Shown here piece by piece: positions 44,956 to 57,658 of a stretch of DNA of 64,000 nucleotides. The position numbers and the translations under genes are program-made. The stretch's first letter is position 1; every line of letters starts with the position of its first letter. This stretch comes from Anthoceros angustus. Lineage: Eukaryota; Plantae; Anthocerotophyta. The notes under the pieces were generated by a model. That model did not search any database. It saw only the letters and a list, made by a program, of their open reading frames with translations, and was not told the DNA's origin. Where the stretch lies: the NCBI GenBank assembly GCA_010909165.1, contig VJWM01000182.1, positions 248,001-312,000 of the forward strand, given 5' to 3'.

Positions 44956-47900
44956 ATGGCAGAAGGGCCATCCGTGTTGGAGCGGATGCTGCTCGAGCTT
45001 CAAGGGAAAGCGAGCGGGTCAGGGTCATCGAAGCTAGAATCTGGCAGTCGCAAGGTAGAGCCAGCCTATGAGGAAGCGGAAAGAGAGCGAGAGCGAGAGC
45101 CCGAAGATTCTAAAGGTGCACTAGACGCTCGGGCACCACAGCCGAAGGTGAAGCAGGCTGTGAAGGTGGTTCAGCCTGCTCCGCCTCCGGTTGCTCCTGA
45201 AACAGAGCAAGTAGACGATGTACCATCGCACTTGTCCTATTTAGAACGCCTCCTGTATAATATACAGAAGAAGGAAGGCAAGACAAAGTTCTCCAACTTC
45301 TTAAAGCCTGTGGAGGAACGAAACAAACTGGATGTCAAAGCCACATCCGTGCCTCCCCTTGTCTCAGAGAGACAACGTGAAGTCAGCACAGCTAACTTCA
45401 GCCATCTTAGTCCACTCATGCAGCAAGACTCCCCTGTTCCGGAAGTGATAACCAGGAGCACTCCAGGATCATCACCAACACCACCTCCTCCCCCTCCTGC
45501 ACCCGCAGCTCTGCAAGGGGGAGCACTCAAAGACACAACCAGGAACTCTCCAGGAGCATCATCACCACCTTCTTCTCCTTCTCGCACTGTCTTACCAGGA
45601 GCAGGAGCAGGACTGCAAAACATAATCAGAGACGATCCAAGATCACCCCCACCCCACCCCCACCCGCGCCCCACCCCACCCCTCCTCCTCGCCCTACAGT
45701 TCTACGAGGAGCAGGAGGAGGATTGCAAAACATAACCAGGAACGCTCTAGGATCATCACCACCACCTGGTCTCCAACAGCAACCAGTATCCGACCCACCT
45801 CCAGAACCACCACCCCTACTTCCTCCACTCCACCTCCACCTCCACCTCCACCTCCACCTCCACCTCCACCTCCACCTCCACCTCCACCTCCACCTCCACC
45901 TCCTCCACCTCCACCTCCACCTCCTTCCCTCACAGGTCTACGCAAGGACAAACAACCAGGACCGCTATATACCCACCTCTAGGACCACCACCACCACCTC
46001 CTCCACCACGTCCTCCACCTCCTCCTCCTCCTCCTCCTCCTCCTCCACCCCTCCACCTCCACCTCCACCTCCACCTCCACCTCCCTTCACAGGTCTGCAG
46101 AAAGCAACCAACAACCAAGACCGATCTATACCCACCTGAGGGATCACCACTTCCACCACCACCTCCTCCTCACAGGTCTGCGACAGCAACCAACTCCCAC
46201 GACCGCTCTGTACCCACTACCACCACCACAACCACCACCTCCTCCACCACCTCCTCCACCACCTCCTCCTCCACCTCCTCCTCCACCACCTCCTCCTCGT
46301 CCTCCGTCCACAGCTCTAAGACGGATACCTCCACCACCTCCACCACCTTTTGCACCTACTGCCTGGAACATCACTGGTAGACCAGAGCCACCAGCAGGGT
46401 ATGGTGACTTTCTGCAGCCAAAGGTGTCAGAAGAATCGATTTCACTGGATTCCATGGGGGCACCACAAACCTTGATTAACCATGAAAACTCTGAGGAATC
46501 GGCATTAGACTATTACCAACCTGTCACGTTTGTGCCCTACACAAGTTCCAGACTTCAACGGATCCAGCAGCATATGGAAGAGCTCAAAAAGACAGGTGAC
46601 CAAGCAAAGATTGAAGCTTTCATTACCGCGGTACCCGTGAATGACCCCCTCACCAATAGCCGAAGGGACCCAAGTCAACTAGAACACACATCTTCCGAGG
46701 GCAATAACACAAGAGAAGAAACCATGCAGAATCTCGCAAGCGAGGAAACGTCTTCCACACTTGGCGGCTCTTCAAAGACGGAAGACAATGTGAAGGCGTC
46801 GAGTTTGGAGTTGTTGCGAAAAATTCAGAAAGAATTTTCAGATATAGGTGCAGGAAAGACTGCCACTCTGACGATGAAACCTAGTACTGCGAAACAATCA
46901 GCCCGGCCGCTAACACCAATCATCCCAGAGCTGAAGGATGCTGACCCAGTTCCAGACTTTGTACCTTACACGAGCGCAAGGATGCAGCGGATCGAGGAAG
47001 AGATAAGACAACTGAAGGAAGCAGGTGACAAGGAAAAACTTGAAGCTTTTCTCACCTGGAAGAAGCCAAGGGATAATACAACTACACCAGACGATGCTAC
47101 TGAGGATCGTGGCAGAGAAAACCGTCGTTCAAGCGCCATACTGTCTATGCTACAACAGATGCGACAAGAACTGGCTGCCTTAAGCGGGACTGTGGACTCG
47201 GAGCCTGATGAGGCTTCCCAGCTCACAGTGCTACCTGCACCATCTCCAGAGTCAGCAACAGAAACTGTAGAGAATCTAAAGCTACAGAAGATAAAAGTAG
47301 AATTGGCTGCCTTAGACGGGGCTGTGAACTCGGGGACTGAGGCTTCCCAGCTCCCATTGCTACCAACACCATCTCCAGAGACAGAAACAGAAACTCCAGA
47401 GCCAGCAACAGAAACCGTACAGAATTTTATGCTACAGAAGATGAAGGAAGTGGTGGCTGCCCTGAGCGGGACTGTGGAGGCTTCACCAACCTCAGAGTCA
47501 GCGTTAGCTGAGAGCGCATTCCTGGATGGGGGTGTCGGGCATGATGAGACAGAGAATCGACCACCAGAAGCTTTGAGCTCTTCAGGGTCAGCAGAGGACG
47601 GGCAAGACGAGTTCTGGCTTGTCCGCCAGATGAGGGAGAAACTACAGAGCCTGGGTATGGCAATGACGAGAACCCTGGACGCTAGTATAAAAGAACACAG
47701 CACGCAGAAGGAGACAAATCCTAGAGGGCTGGCAGATTGGCAAGCAGGATTGTCCATTCGGCCCGAGGGCAGGGATGACGAAAACTCAGATTGGGAAGAG
47801 GACGCGACAGAGCGATACAGACCGATTGCATTGGAGTTCGCCGTCAGCGAGCCTCAGGGGCCTGATGCTAGAAGAGGCCTTGAAGACACATTGCGGAGGT

Positions 47901-48265
47901 TGGCGGGGGCTAGTCAGCAAGGGCCCAAGACAGGAGAAAAGGCTTTCCGGCCAAACTTGTGGAAGCTCTTCCTGTCGGAGCAGCGTGTGTGTTTCCTGTG
48001 GAATCGCAATCGTAGTCGGATGAAAACAACATCGGTGAGAGAAGATATTCTGGAGCAGCCCTGGCCCGACTGGGAGAGAATGAGAGGCCTATACCAGAGG
48101 GACATCAGGGCAACCACCGTGAAGAACGAGGCGATCTTGAAGAGCACTTTGGAGCAGGTGTCGCTGCGCAAGAAGCAAGGCATCGCTATGCCTCTGGAGC
48201 AAGAAACGAAGAAGCTGGAAGAAGAGGTATGTAAGCTGCTACACTTACGAAGGAGACAACGCTAA
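44956..48265 (+). CDS. Large proline-rich repeat protein (about 1100 aa if repaired), interrupted by several frameshifts in the polyproline tract
   Basis: ORF 44956-45735 and ORF 46424-48265 are linked by CCA/CCT-rich sequence. The second ORF reads upstream in frame through PPPPRPPSTALRRIPPPPPPPFAP..FLQPKVSEE. The repeat logic (GAGAGLQNIIR / GAGGGLQNITR) continues across frame changes at C-runs. Confidence 0.7.
45640..46350 (+). repeat. (CCACCT)n and (CCT/CCA)n polyproline-coding simple repeats
   Basis: Long run of ccacct hexamers at 45826-45925 plus further CCT/CCA runs. Confidence 0.95.
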
Positions 48266-48640
48266 GGTCGTTTCAAAGCGAGACCACACTGCACCTTACA
48301 CAATCCACCGGCGTCACAGGGTTGCTGCAGGAACGACAGCTCACAGGCAGCTGCACGCTTCTCTCGCTCATGCCCGCTGCTCCAGGTCGCCTACCTGCAC
48401 CAGCCCGTCTGCCGGAGATGGAGGGCTTTTCTTCTACCATTCCGGTGTCATGGGTGGGAGTGAGTCATGCCCACCACGCAAGACTCCACTCACCAAACTC
48501 CCCTATCATCAGGCGGAACTCGTAACCAAGGCCAGACTTGAAAGGATGAAGGTGAGTTCCAGATTCACCTGCGGAGAGAAGCCATCCCATGTCTCATTTA
48601 AGACTCCTCATCGTTCTTGTGCAGGCTATGGAGGGAGGCG

Positions 48641-50079
48641 TCAGTACTCGCCGATGAGAGCCAGGAGGAAATCCCTGTAATCGCCGGACAGTTCCTCCTG
48701 AATCACCCCCGCAAGTGATTTATTGTACTTGTTCTGAAACTCTGCTTTGATGTATTGCATGTCAATTTCTGCTCGACTTACGACCAGCTGTATCAACCTC
48801 TCATTGTCGGTGCCGCGTCCTTTGGTGGCTTTGTTTAGTGCCTGCAGGATGAACGTCGGCCGACTCCAGCATAAGGGGACTGGAATGCTTCATGCAACAG
48901 GGCACAGCATGCAGAGGTGTCGGACTCACCTGCGCGAAGTACCTGGCGGGATAGTTGGCCTTGACAATGGCTTTCAGAGCCTGCTGGAAATGCCCACTTG
49001 TTTCCCTCTTTATTGCCTGAAGGGTGCAGGACGAGAGACGAAGCTGTATTAAGTGTGAATTGCATCAAGTTGCCATGCCATGCCTGCAGCTACGGTACGT
49101 ACCACTTCCAGGCTGTGACCATGCATTTCCTTGTAGGCCGTCAGTGTGGCAGCTAATTGAGCAGGGCCCCTGGAACTCAGAACCCCGATGAACCTTTTCT
49201 CGTCGGTTCCCACATGGCCTTCCCCGGCCCTGTAAAGTTCTCTGGCCTCCACCCGAGCTAGCCCCCAGTCCACAGCTGGGGTGTCCGGTCGATGATTACC
49301 AATACAAGCCAAGAGGAGCTGCCGTTGCCAGACCGGGTGCACCGCAAACAAAATCAGCGGACTCGCGTGAGCCAGAAAAATACCGCAGGAAGCTGACAAC
49401 AAGCACATGGAAAAGGTAGTTCAAGCAAACCTCTTGATAGTGCCCGCTGGTCTCTGCTGCAACGTCTTGTTCAAGGTGCGCATTGTATCTGGCGTAGTAG
49501 GCCTGTTTGATGAGCTGAAGCTGCGTCGAGGTTCGAGTGCAAAGGATGTCGATCAGGACGCTGTCCTTGGTACCGAGCCCGGCAAAGGCGTCGTGCAGCA
49601 ACTCCGCATCCCTGATGGCTGGGTCCAGCATCCAAAGGAGCACTGCCCTCTGCCCAACGTTGGATCCACCAATGCGCGTTACTCTGACGGCTGACCTACT
49701 GCTGCTTTGCTGCTGGCAGGCAGCTCAAGTGCTCAACCCAAGTGCTCAAGTACCTCAAAATTTCCGTGCAGCTCGGACCTGAGGCGCTGAGCCAAATCTT
49801 CCCCATAGGTGGCCTTGTAGTGACGCCCAATCTCCAGACGCTGGGGCGTGTTCTTGTGTGCCAGAATTTGGATCACTCTGTAGTCATCCGTCCCGAAACC
49901 TTGAGAGTAGCAGAGCAACCATTTGAGATGACAGCAGTAGACAAACGAGCTTTCTTCCACAACACGGCATCGCAGCGAAAGCATACAGGAAGGAACAGGC
50001 ACCTACCTCGGAATGCTCTGTGGAGAATGTGGCAGTCCTGCTCCATGTTGGAGTATAGTGGGGGCCTTATTGTCGCCAT
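48641..50079 (-). CDS. ANN: Annexin with four repeats, multi-exon
   Basis: MATIRPP..DCHILHRAFRG|FGTDD..RSELHGNFE, AGLGTKDSVLIDILCTR..AETSG, AGEGHVGTDEKRFI, KGRGTDNERLIQLVVSRAEIDM..EELSGDYRDFLLALIGEY*. Confidence 0.94.
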
Positions 50080-50330
50080 AGCAACCAACCCTTCTCCTCG
50101 ACTTTCCTGTCTTCAGACGCTACCCGCCACACCTTGCTGCCTGCAGGACTCGCAGGAGCCTTGGGCCCTGGCTGCCTTGTACAAATGCCTAGAGAAGAAC
50201 CGTCATCGATGTAGACAACGGGCTATGACACACAAACCGACACTGACAAGGTATCGAACGAAGTTGATGATATTCGGCCTCATAGTAAACAATTCCCTGG
50301 CTCTGTTTAAGCAATAGGCGCCGGGCCCGC

Positions 50331-51630
50331 CTAGGCTGACAGTCCATTATACGAGCCAGCGCTCACAAATTTGGCCATGTCCATGAGGCCGGCCTGGGTG
50401 TACAACTCGGCGAGCTGACCCCTAACACTGTCCCAGTTGCCTTCAACTGCAGTCAAGTCTAACAAGAAAGCGGCTTGGTCGGCTGCCACTTGCTCACTGG
50501 ACTTGCCCTTGAGCAGGTCTTCCCTCCTGCCTTCGTCCGTCACTCTTTCCCTCATGAACTCGATCTGCTCATCGCCCCATCCCGCGATGGCTGCGACCTC
50601 GCCGTAGCTGCGCCCCAGAGTCCACCAGGGGGACTTCAACGCAATCCTGGCTGCGTCCCTGGATTCCTTCTTCCGGCCAGCATCAGCCAGAATCTCGGCA
50701 TTGAACACGAACGGCCGTCCGAAACCAGGGAAGTGCTTCCTGCTGGCGTAGTACTCGGCAGTGACCAATGCAGACGTGGTGTCCCCTCTCTGCACAAAAC
50801 CAAGGCAAAACCAGCGCGAGGCCGTGAGAAACGAGTCACACAGCGGCGCAGCAGGTGAAAAGCGTCAAGGTGATTGCGGAGGAAAGCCTCACTTGGAAAT
50901 GCCGCATCGCTAGTCTTTCGAACACATCCGGGAAGAGCCCCACTTGCTTCATCAAATACACCTCCAGGCTAGGCAGCTTGACGGGGACAGTATCGCCTCT
51001 TCGGTGCAGCTCTTCACCTACCTTGCCCGCAGCCGCAAAGATGGCATCCGCAGTCGGGGAGTCGTAATACTCCGCTTCCACCAGAAGCCTGTGCACCAGC
51101 TCGGCAGGACTCTTGGCCAGCAAGGTGACCCCGTGCTTGGAGACGCGGACAACCGGAATGTCCATTCCCTCCGGAGCAGTCGGCCATCTCAAGAGAGCTG
51201 TGGTCACCACCGACGATTCCTGCTCCTTCTCCGCCTCCTTGTCCTCCTCCGCCGTGCATTCGGAGATGGGAATTGCGAGAGGGAAAACGCCAGCCCGCCG
51301 CTCCCACGGGGCGACCAGGGTTTCCCCCCTAGCCGCAAGAACGGAGAGCAGCGGCGCCAGGGCGGGAGGGGGCGCTAGTTTCGCCACATCCGTCACAAAC
51401 GACTCGACGCTGGCGAAAGAGGGAGGAGCTGACACCGAGGTGGACTCGGACGCATTGGAGACTTCCCTGGTGAGCGAGGCACAAGCCCGGATCCGCGTCA
51501 GGCGGGTGCTTGCTACTGTCGGAGCTGGACCTGCAGCAGGCCGAAGGCACAGCAGCAGATCTAGGGCTTTCAACATGCTCATGCTTCTCAGAGCCTGTGC
51601 CGACAAGCCGCTGCCTGGGAGGACAACCAT
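50331..51630 (-). CDS. PAB: PAB (protein in chloroplast ATPase biogenesis) family, two exons
   Basis: Transit-peptide-like start, then PLAIPIS, ALLRWPTAPEGMDIPVV, VGLFPDVFERL, GDTTSALVTAEYY..HFPGFGRPFVFNAEIL, DAARIALKSPWWTLG, DQAAFLLD. Confidence 0.85.
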
Positions 51631-52353
51631 GGCCGGATTGAGCACGAGCGAACAGCTCTGGAAACTCGCATGCACCAAGCATTGAAGTGGAACGAAAACG
51701 CATCTTCTCACCACAGATTGGTTGTGGCCGAGCAATCCAATGATCGGTTGTGGCCGAGCAATCCAATGCATGACTTCGATGGCGGGCGCAGCCTTGCTTC
51801 ACACGTTCAGCCACAGCACAATGCCGCGCGCCGAGAAGCCATTCCACATCCTGCTCCAAGCCGCATGCTCGTCGCCCTATCCATCTTCAGCAGCAGCCGC
51901 CGCAGCCTCAGGCGCAGCAGCGGTGAGCACGTTGGGATGTGGTTCGTTCTCCAGCCGTTCGCCACATGATACGTTTCGCTGCCTCTACATACATAGCCGC
52001 CTTTCGAATAACTAACTACCTCATGGTAAATCGGCAAACGATTTCTTGTAGACCATATGCGGCCTGAGGTCAACATCAATGCGATGCATATCTACAGGCC
52101 AAACCAACACAGGAAAGAAAGAAGGTAACCAACCACCAAAGACGAAGACGAATTGAGCATGGCAGAGCCCCATGCAGAGCTCGAACCCATAAAATAATAG
52201 CAGTATGCCACAATGGGAGGTTGGAATCCATCGTACTGCTCTAGTACTACATCGACTAATACTCCAAGCAAATCAAGTGCTGCTGAAGCCATCCTGAGAG
52301 CAGGCGAAGTGAATCAGGGCGACATCGTCTTCAACACCTATCACCATCCTTAT

Positions 52354-55300
52354 TCAGGACAAGTCTTTTTTTACATACTCTCTCCGGCGACGATAACCTT
52401 CTCCTCTTCCACTTCCACTGAATTGCCTTGCCTCAAGTTTCCCTTCAGAGACACCATCTGCAGCTGGGAACTCCTGCTTCTCATCATCTCCATGATTGCT
52501 TTCTACCAGTCCTGAGCTGTCCCCATCGCCAGCAGATGCACTCCTACTAAAATCCAACGTGGCCTCAGACACTGGCACGTGCTCAACCCTTGACCCAGAG
52601 CCTGAAGCAACTGTGGCTTTAGTAAGAGGGTGTGTTGTTCCATGTTCTTTCACTTGATAACGCTGAATTGGCTGCTGTGTGCGTCGACTTGCACCTCGAT
52701 TCACCCGAGTTGCAGGAGGGTCATTAACTTGCCCGTCAGTAACCATGTCCGCAGGGTGGCCAGGCCCTCTCAAGTCCTCGGTGGTATCAAGGTGAATATC
52801 CGGCTTGCCTTTCCTGTCATTTCCACCTCTGCTGCTTGATGTGCCAAGTAAACCTCGGCTGGCCCCAGATTCAAACCTTCTCCAGCCTAGGCCAGAACTG
52901 CCTCCACTTTGGGGCAAAACATTTGTGATAACATCGTCCAGATTTCCGGTTTCCTCTACCCCAGAATCTCCAGGATACGTGCCAAGATCGTCAAAAGAAT
53001 CGTCATACTCATCATCGTATTCTGCGCCAGTGATGGACACAGCTGTGTCAAAGGCTCCAACCCTTTCTAACCTGGTCCCCGTGGCCATATTCGTACTTGA
53101 ACTCTCCACTGCTGACGGCCAAACCTCTGTGGCAACCTTTTCCTCATGAGTTTCTGGCTGAAAGGAAGGAGGCAGAAATTCGCCTTCAGGAAAGACCTGC
53201 GAAGAAGAGGAGGCTCCTTCCAGAGCCAAAGGTTTTTTGGTCTTGATGGGCGGTGGTTCATCAGTAACTATCCTTTTCCCTTTATCCTTCCCCGACGAGC
53301 CAGAAGTTGGACGTACAGGCTTCTTCTCCAGCCAGGTTTCCAAACCAGCGAGATCTGGATAAAGAGTGCCTTCCAGAACACTCTCTACGACCTTCTCTGG
53401 GTTGTTGTCATAGACCTCCAGGCACGCAAGAATAAATCCTGTGCCAAAAGCAGGAAATATATCGCGGACCTCCTGAACCTTGGACAAAGTGATGGCAGTT
53501 AAAGCTTCATCCTCACCACCTTTACTACTTTCTGAGGACAGCTTCAACGAAGCTGCAACCCCTTTTGTTTTGTAAGAGGAACTTGATTCTTGTTCAGTAG
53601 CTAAGGCAGCCAGATATTCATATTGAGCATCATCAAGGACAAGGGCCCCTGCAAACGTAGTGACAGAAACATGATCTGAAAGTCTTTAAAAAGACGACTC
53701 GGAAAATGATACTCAGATGCAAAACCCTGCTTACCACTGTGACATAGCTGCCGAATAACTTCACAAAGGCCATACTTCTTCTCAATGGCTCTTAGCATGG
53801 ACCCAGTGCAATCCAGCTTCAGGAGTCCGCCTGCACTTCCAAACGAGAAGTTCTCTTTATCCTCAACTCCGAGGGCAATGGCTACCACCGCTTGGATGAC
53901 AAAATCGCCTTGTACTCCAAATCTTTGAGCTTGCACTATTTCTCTATCACTCCCAGCAGCTGAGCTTGATGACCCTCCATCAAATTTGGCCAGGTAAGTT
54001 ATTCGAACTATTTCCCATGCAAGACTAATGAGTTGTATCCGAAGCCTTTTGAACCGCAGGTCAGTATAATCCTTGGATGAGCGCTGATGATCAATAAGCA
54101 CAGTTGTAGCAGAAAACCCCCTGGAAAGGAGAGGTACCAGCGTATCATGGATGCCAGCAATGAAGGGTAAAAAGGGGCCCTGCACATTGCTAGACACAGG
54201 GAAAGTACGTCAATTGAGGGCACCCACAGCAATGCATCAGGAATACAGAAAGCTATGGCACCTTTGAAACTCTTCAAACAAGTACAAGGGAGATGTGAGA
54301 GACACCTGGGAGCAGCAAACGTTGCAAGGATAGAGGCAGCTAGTGGATATGCATGGATGAAGGCGGAGATAGTTGCAACGACATCAGTCAGGTAGTCCAG
54401 CACCTGCATAGTCGAGAGGATGAGAAAAAGGAACAGCTTCCAGCTTTAACCTTAGGAAAAGGTAGGACCGACTAATACCTCCACAAACTGCTGATGGATG
54501 TTGGCATAGTTTAGAGTGGGCGGAGAGGATGCTGGCTGAGACAATGCCTGAACAACAAGGGATACCCGATAGACAAGATGGCATACATTAGTTGTGACAT
54601 CTCCATTTCAGCCACAGGCTACGAAATTAACAAATGTAATCACAGTTACCTGAACTGCATCACGACAGCGACGGTGCATAATGTCGACTGTGTGTACCAA
54701 TGGAGGCACAATTGCTGAGATTTCATCGGCAACATTTGGAACTGCCCTTAACACATTGTTGACCTTCAGTACCAAACAAGTCAGGATTTACCACACTGGT
54801 GCTGGCTCAACTAGTTAATGTCAAGGCCGTGACTGTGAGCAAGAACAAAAACAAAGTGAACAACCATCTCCTAAGGCAAGAGTGAGACACAGGAGAACAG
54901 AAAACCAACCAGGCGGTGTGTTAAGTCTGAATTGTCATGGTCGTAGATTGCGCAAATATCCATAAGCTTGGGTACATCAAATAGTCCTTTGTCAAACAGC
55001 ATCCCTGTGAACGGTGCCGGTACAGGTCAGAAACACTTCTGCCATCAGTGCATTGTTTGCTAATTGAAAGTAGACAGTCTCTCCATGCAGCTGGCTAGCG
55101 TAACCCACTTGCAGGCTCTTTTGCTTGGGAGCTGTCAGCCGATGGTGCGTGAGAATCATGGAAGGATGACCTGCAAACCAGAGGGCTCCTAGATGTGAGG
55201 ATAAGAAACTCCCCTGCATGGAACAGGTCCTCGGGAACCACGAAAGAGCTAACATCACGGATTGCTGCATGTAGAAGGGCTGACAGCGCACTCACATTCG

Positions 55301-55955
55301 GTAAAACACCTTGAAAGTGCGTTGGAAGAGGTCATTATCCCCGATGAGAATTCCCGGTGGAGTTCCATTGTGTGCGGGAACGTACTCGTACCAGCGGCGT
55401 CGAAATTGCAGGTACGTGTCCAAATACTTGTGCAAAGACTCGTCCGTGGTCACTGCTCAACAGCCAAATCCAGAGCAGCCAGTCAGCGACAGAAGAAAAG
55501 CGCAGAGCAGGCCAGAGCGGAGGAATTGCAGGACAGTGAGCTCCGCTCAAACCTAAGCGCGGATGGGAAGCATGATTCCAGCGAAAGGCGAAATGTGGCG
55601 ACCGGAAATGTTACAACACACCCTGTCTCCAAAATTGCTGAGGTTTGAGGCGCAGCAGAGCGGAGAGTTCAGCATTGAGGAGATCCGTCACCTCCTGGCT
55701 CACGGACACGTCCAGCGCGCCCTCCCTGCCAGCTGCTACCGCATCCTCGTGGGGCAGATACGGCAGAAAGCGGCCCTCCGACCTGGACTCCGATGGCCGC
55801 CCTGGCCTGCGAGGCCGCTGCGCTGCCCTCGACCCGGAAGCGGATGCAGACGCAGACGCAGACGCAGATGCAGACGAGGAGGCTGCAGCAGCCTTGTCCG
55901 CTCCAGATTTGACGCCATTGGATTTGGCAGCAGCACCGATTTTGGCCGAGCTCAT
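52354..55955 (-). CDS. ASCC2: Activating signal cointegrator 1 complex subunit 2 (CUE-domain protein), multi-exon; 5' end uncertain
   Basis: FLPYLPHEDAVAAG..LDVSVSQEVTDLLNAELSALLRLKPQQFWRQ, IHDTLVPLLSRGF, CUE domain KVQEVRDIFPAFGTGFILACLEVYDNNPEKVVESVLEG, EYDDEYDDSFDDL. Confidence 0.88.
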
Positions 55956-56737
55956 GGCCAGCTGCGGGTCCGGGACCCGGACCGGGACATGAGCGAGGTC
56001 GACAGGCGGACAAAGCAGCGGCAGCAGCAGCAGCGAGAGCAGGACCAGCAGCTGCTGCTTGGGGGTCGCTACACCAGCAGCAGCACCAGGAGCAGGGAAA
56101 CAGGAACAGCAAAGCAGCGGCTGGACGTCCTGTCAAAAGGCCTTCTGTCACTGCGCTGTTTGAATGGCAGTTGGGTCGTAAACCTGACAGCAATCCCCAC
56201 CTCCACTCCGTATGTCTGTAAAACTTGTGAAACTCCGACTCCCTCGCCGGCGTGGCGTTGCCCACAGCTGGCCTCCTGCAACTAGTACTTGACTGTAACA
56301 TGTTGAGAGCAAACGAGGTCGTCTGACTCCATGGATGCAAATTCCAAAGTTCTTCTCCACCTTCTTGTCTCGGGAAGCACGAAAGCGCGCTGCTGGTGGT
56401 ATCTATACGGCTGCAATCCCCGTACAACACATCGATCCTTGCTACTCCTTAGAAGGTAGTAGTATGTAAAACAAGTGTCCCAGACATCATCATCTCCTTT
56501 AAGGTAGTTCCATATTAGTAAGTCCTGGCTTCTTTGGCCCTTCAGGAGTTGCTTCGCTGCCTGCCTGCATCTGGCAAGGACGTGCAAGGAACCGATGAGA
56601 CTTTAGCTACGTACGTATGTGCAAGGCTCCCCCAAGCTTTGCACTAGGTTGAGGATTGGTTGAGCTACAATAGACCTAACAGCACACAGACATGGGAGCC
56701 CTTTCCTAGGGTTACCTTCTCGGCGTGGAGTCGCAGC

Positions 56738-57526
56738 ATGGCAGGCCAGCAGCAGCAGCAGGAGGTGCAGACACGGAAAGTGGAGACGGAGGAGGAAGCT
56801 AAGCAACGTTTTCTGCTGGAGCTGGAATTCGTGCAGTGCCTGGCCAATCCGATCTACATCCACTGTACGAGTGGCGCGTGGTTCGGTTGTGATTCGAGTG
56901 TGTAGCATGGAGAAAATCCCTGACGTGCCTCAAGCGCCTGAATCGCAGATCTAGCTCAAAATCGGTACTTCGAGGACGAGGCGTTTGTCAATTACCTCAA
57001 GTACCTGCAGTATTTCCGGCGACCCGAGTATGCCAAGTTCATCGTGTGAGTGACGAGTCCTGGCAATCGTTGCTGTAGGTATGTGGTAGGATGTTGTCTA
57101 AGGTTGTGGCATCCTCTCCTCACCTCCGGCTGGCAGATACCCGCACGCGCTGTTCTTCCTTGAACAAGTGCAGAAACCGCATTTCCGGAGCGCCATGGCT
57201 CATCCTGGCAACAAGGTTTGCCCTGCTGGCCGTACCTGCTTTGGCTGTGGCCGCCTTGCGAGCGTGCGACTTGTTGCCGCTCATCCATCCATCCATGTCT
57301 TGGCTGTTCGCAGGAAGTAGCTCACAGGCAGCAGTTTTACTTCTGGAAGCACTACCGCAACAACAGGCTGAAGCACATCCTGCCCCGGCCTCTCCCGGAA
57401 GAGCCTCCGGCACCTCCTGCTGCTCCAGTACAGCCAGCACCAGCTCCGGCTCCGGCGCCCGCCAAGGTGGAACCGACAACCAGATCCGCTGCAGGCGAGC
57501 GCAGGAAGCGGAAAAACAACGCATGA
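56738..57526 (+). CDS. MED31: Mediator subunit 31 (SOH1), multi-exon
   Basis: RFLLELEFVQCLANPIYIH|YLAQNRYFEDEAFVNYLKYLQYF..PEYAKFI|YPHALFFLE..HRQQFYFWKHYRNNRLKHILPRP. Confidence 0.96.
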
Positions 57527-57658
57527 CTGCTGCTGGCGTAAAAATATTCATTTAATCAGGTGAATGTGTAGGTGGTTGGTCATCAGTTGAATCGACCTAA
57601 TACTACGATAGTGAGGACTACGGTACATGGCGACTGGCTCGGATTAAGCTGGTCTCCA

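Noticed and set aside
45694-46455. Poly-Gly, poly-Glu/Val and poly-His/Leu ORFs
   Set aside because: Off-frame and antisense readings of the polyproline repeat.
55669-56430. 253-aa minus-strand ORF overlapping the ASCC2 start
   Set aside because: Low-complexity CAG/GCA-rich sequence in a different frame from ASCC2. It may hide the true ASCC2 5' exon but is not supportable as a separate gene.
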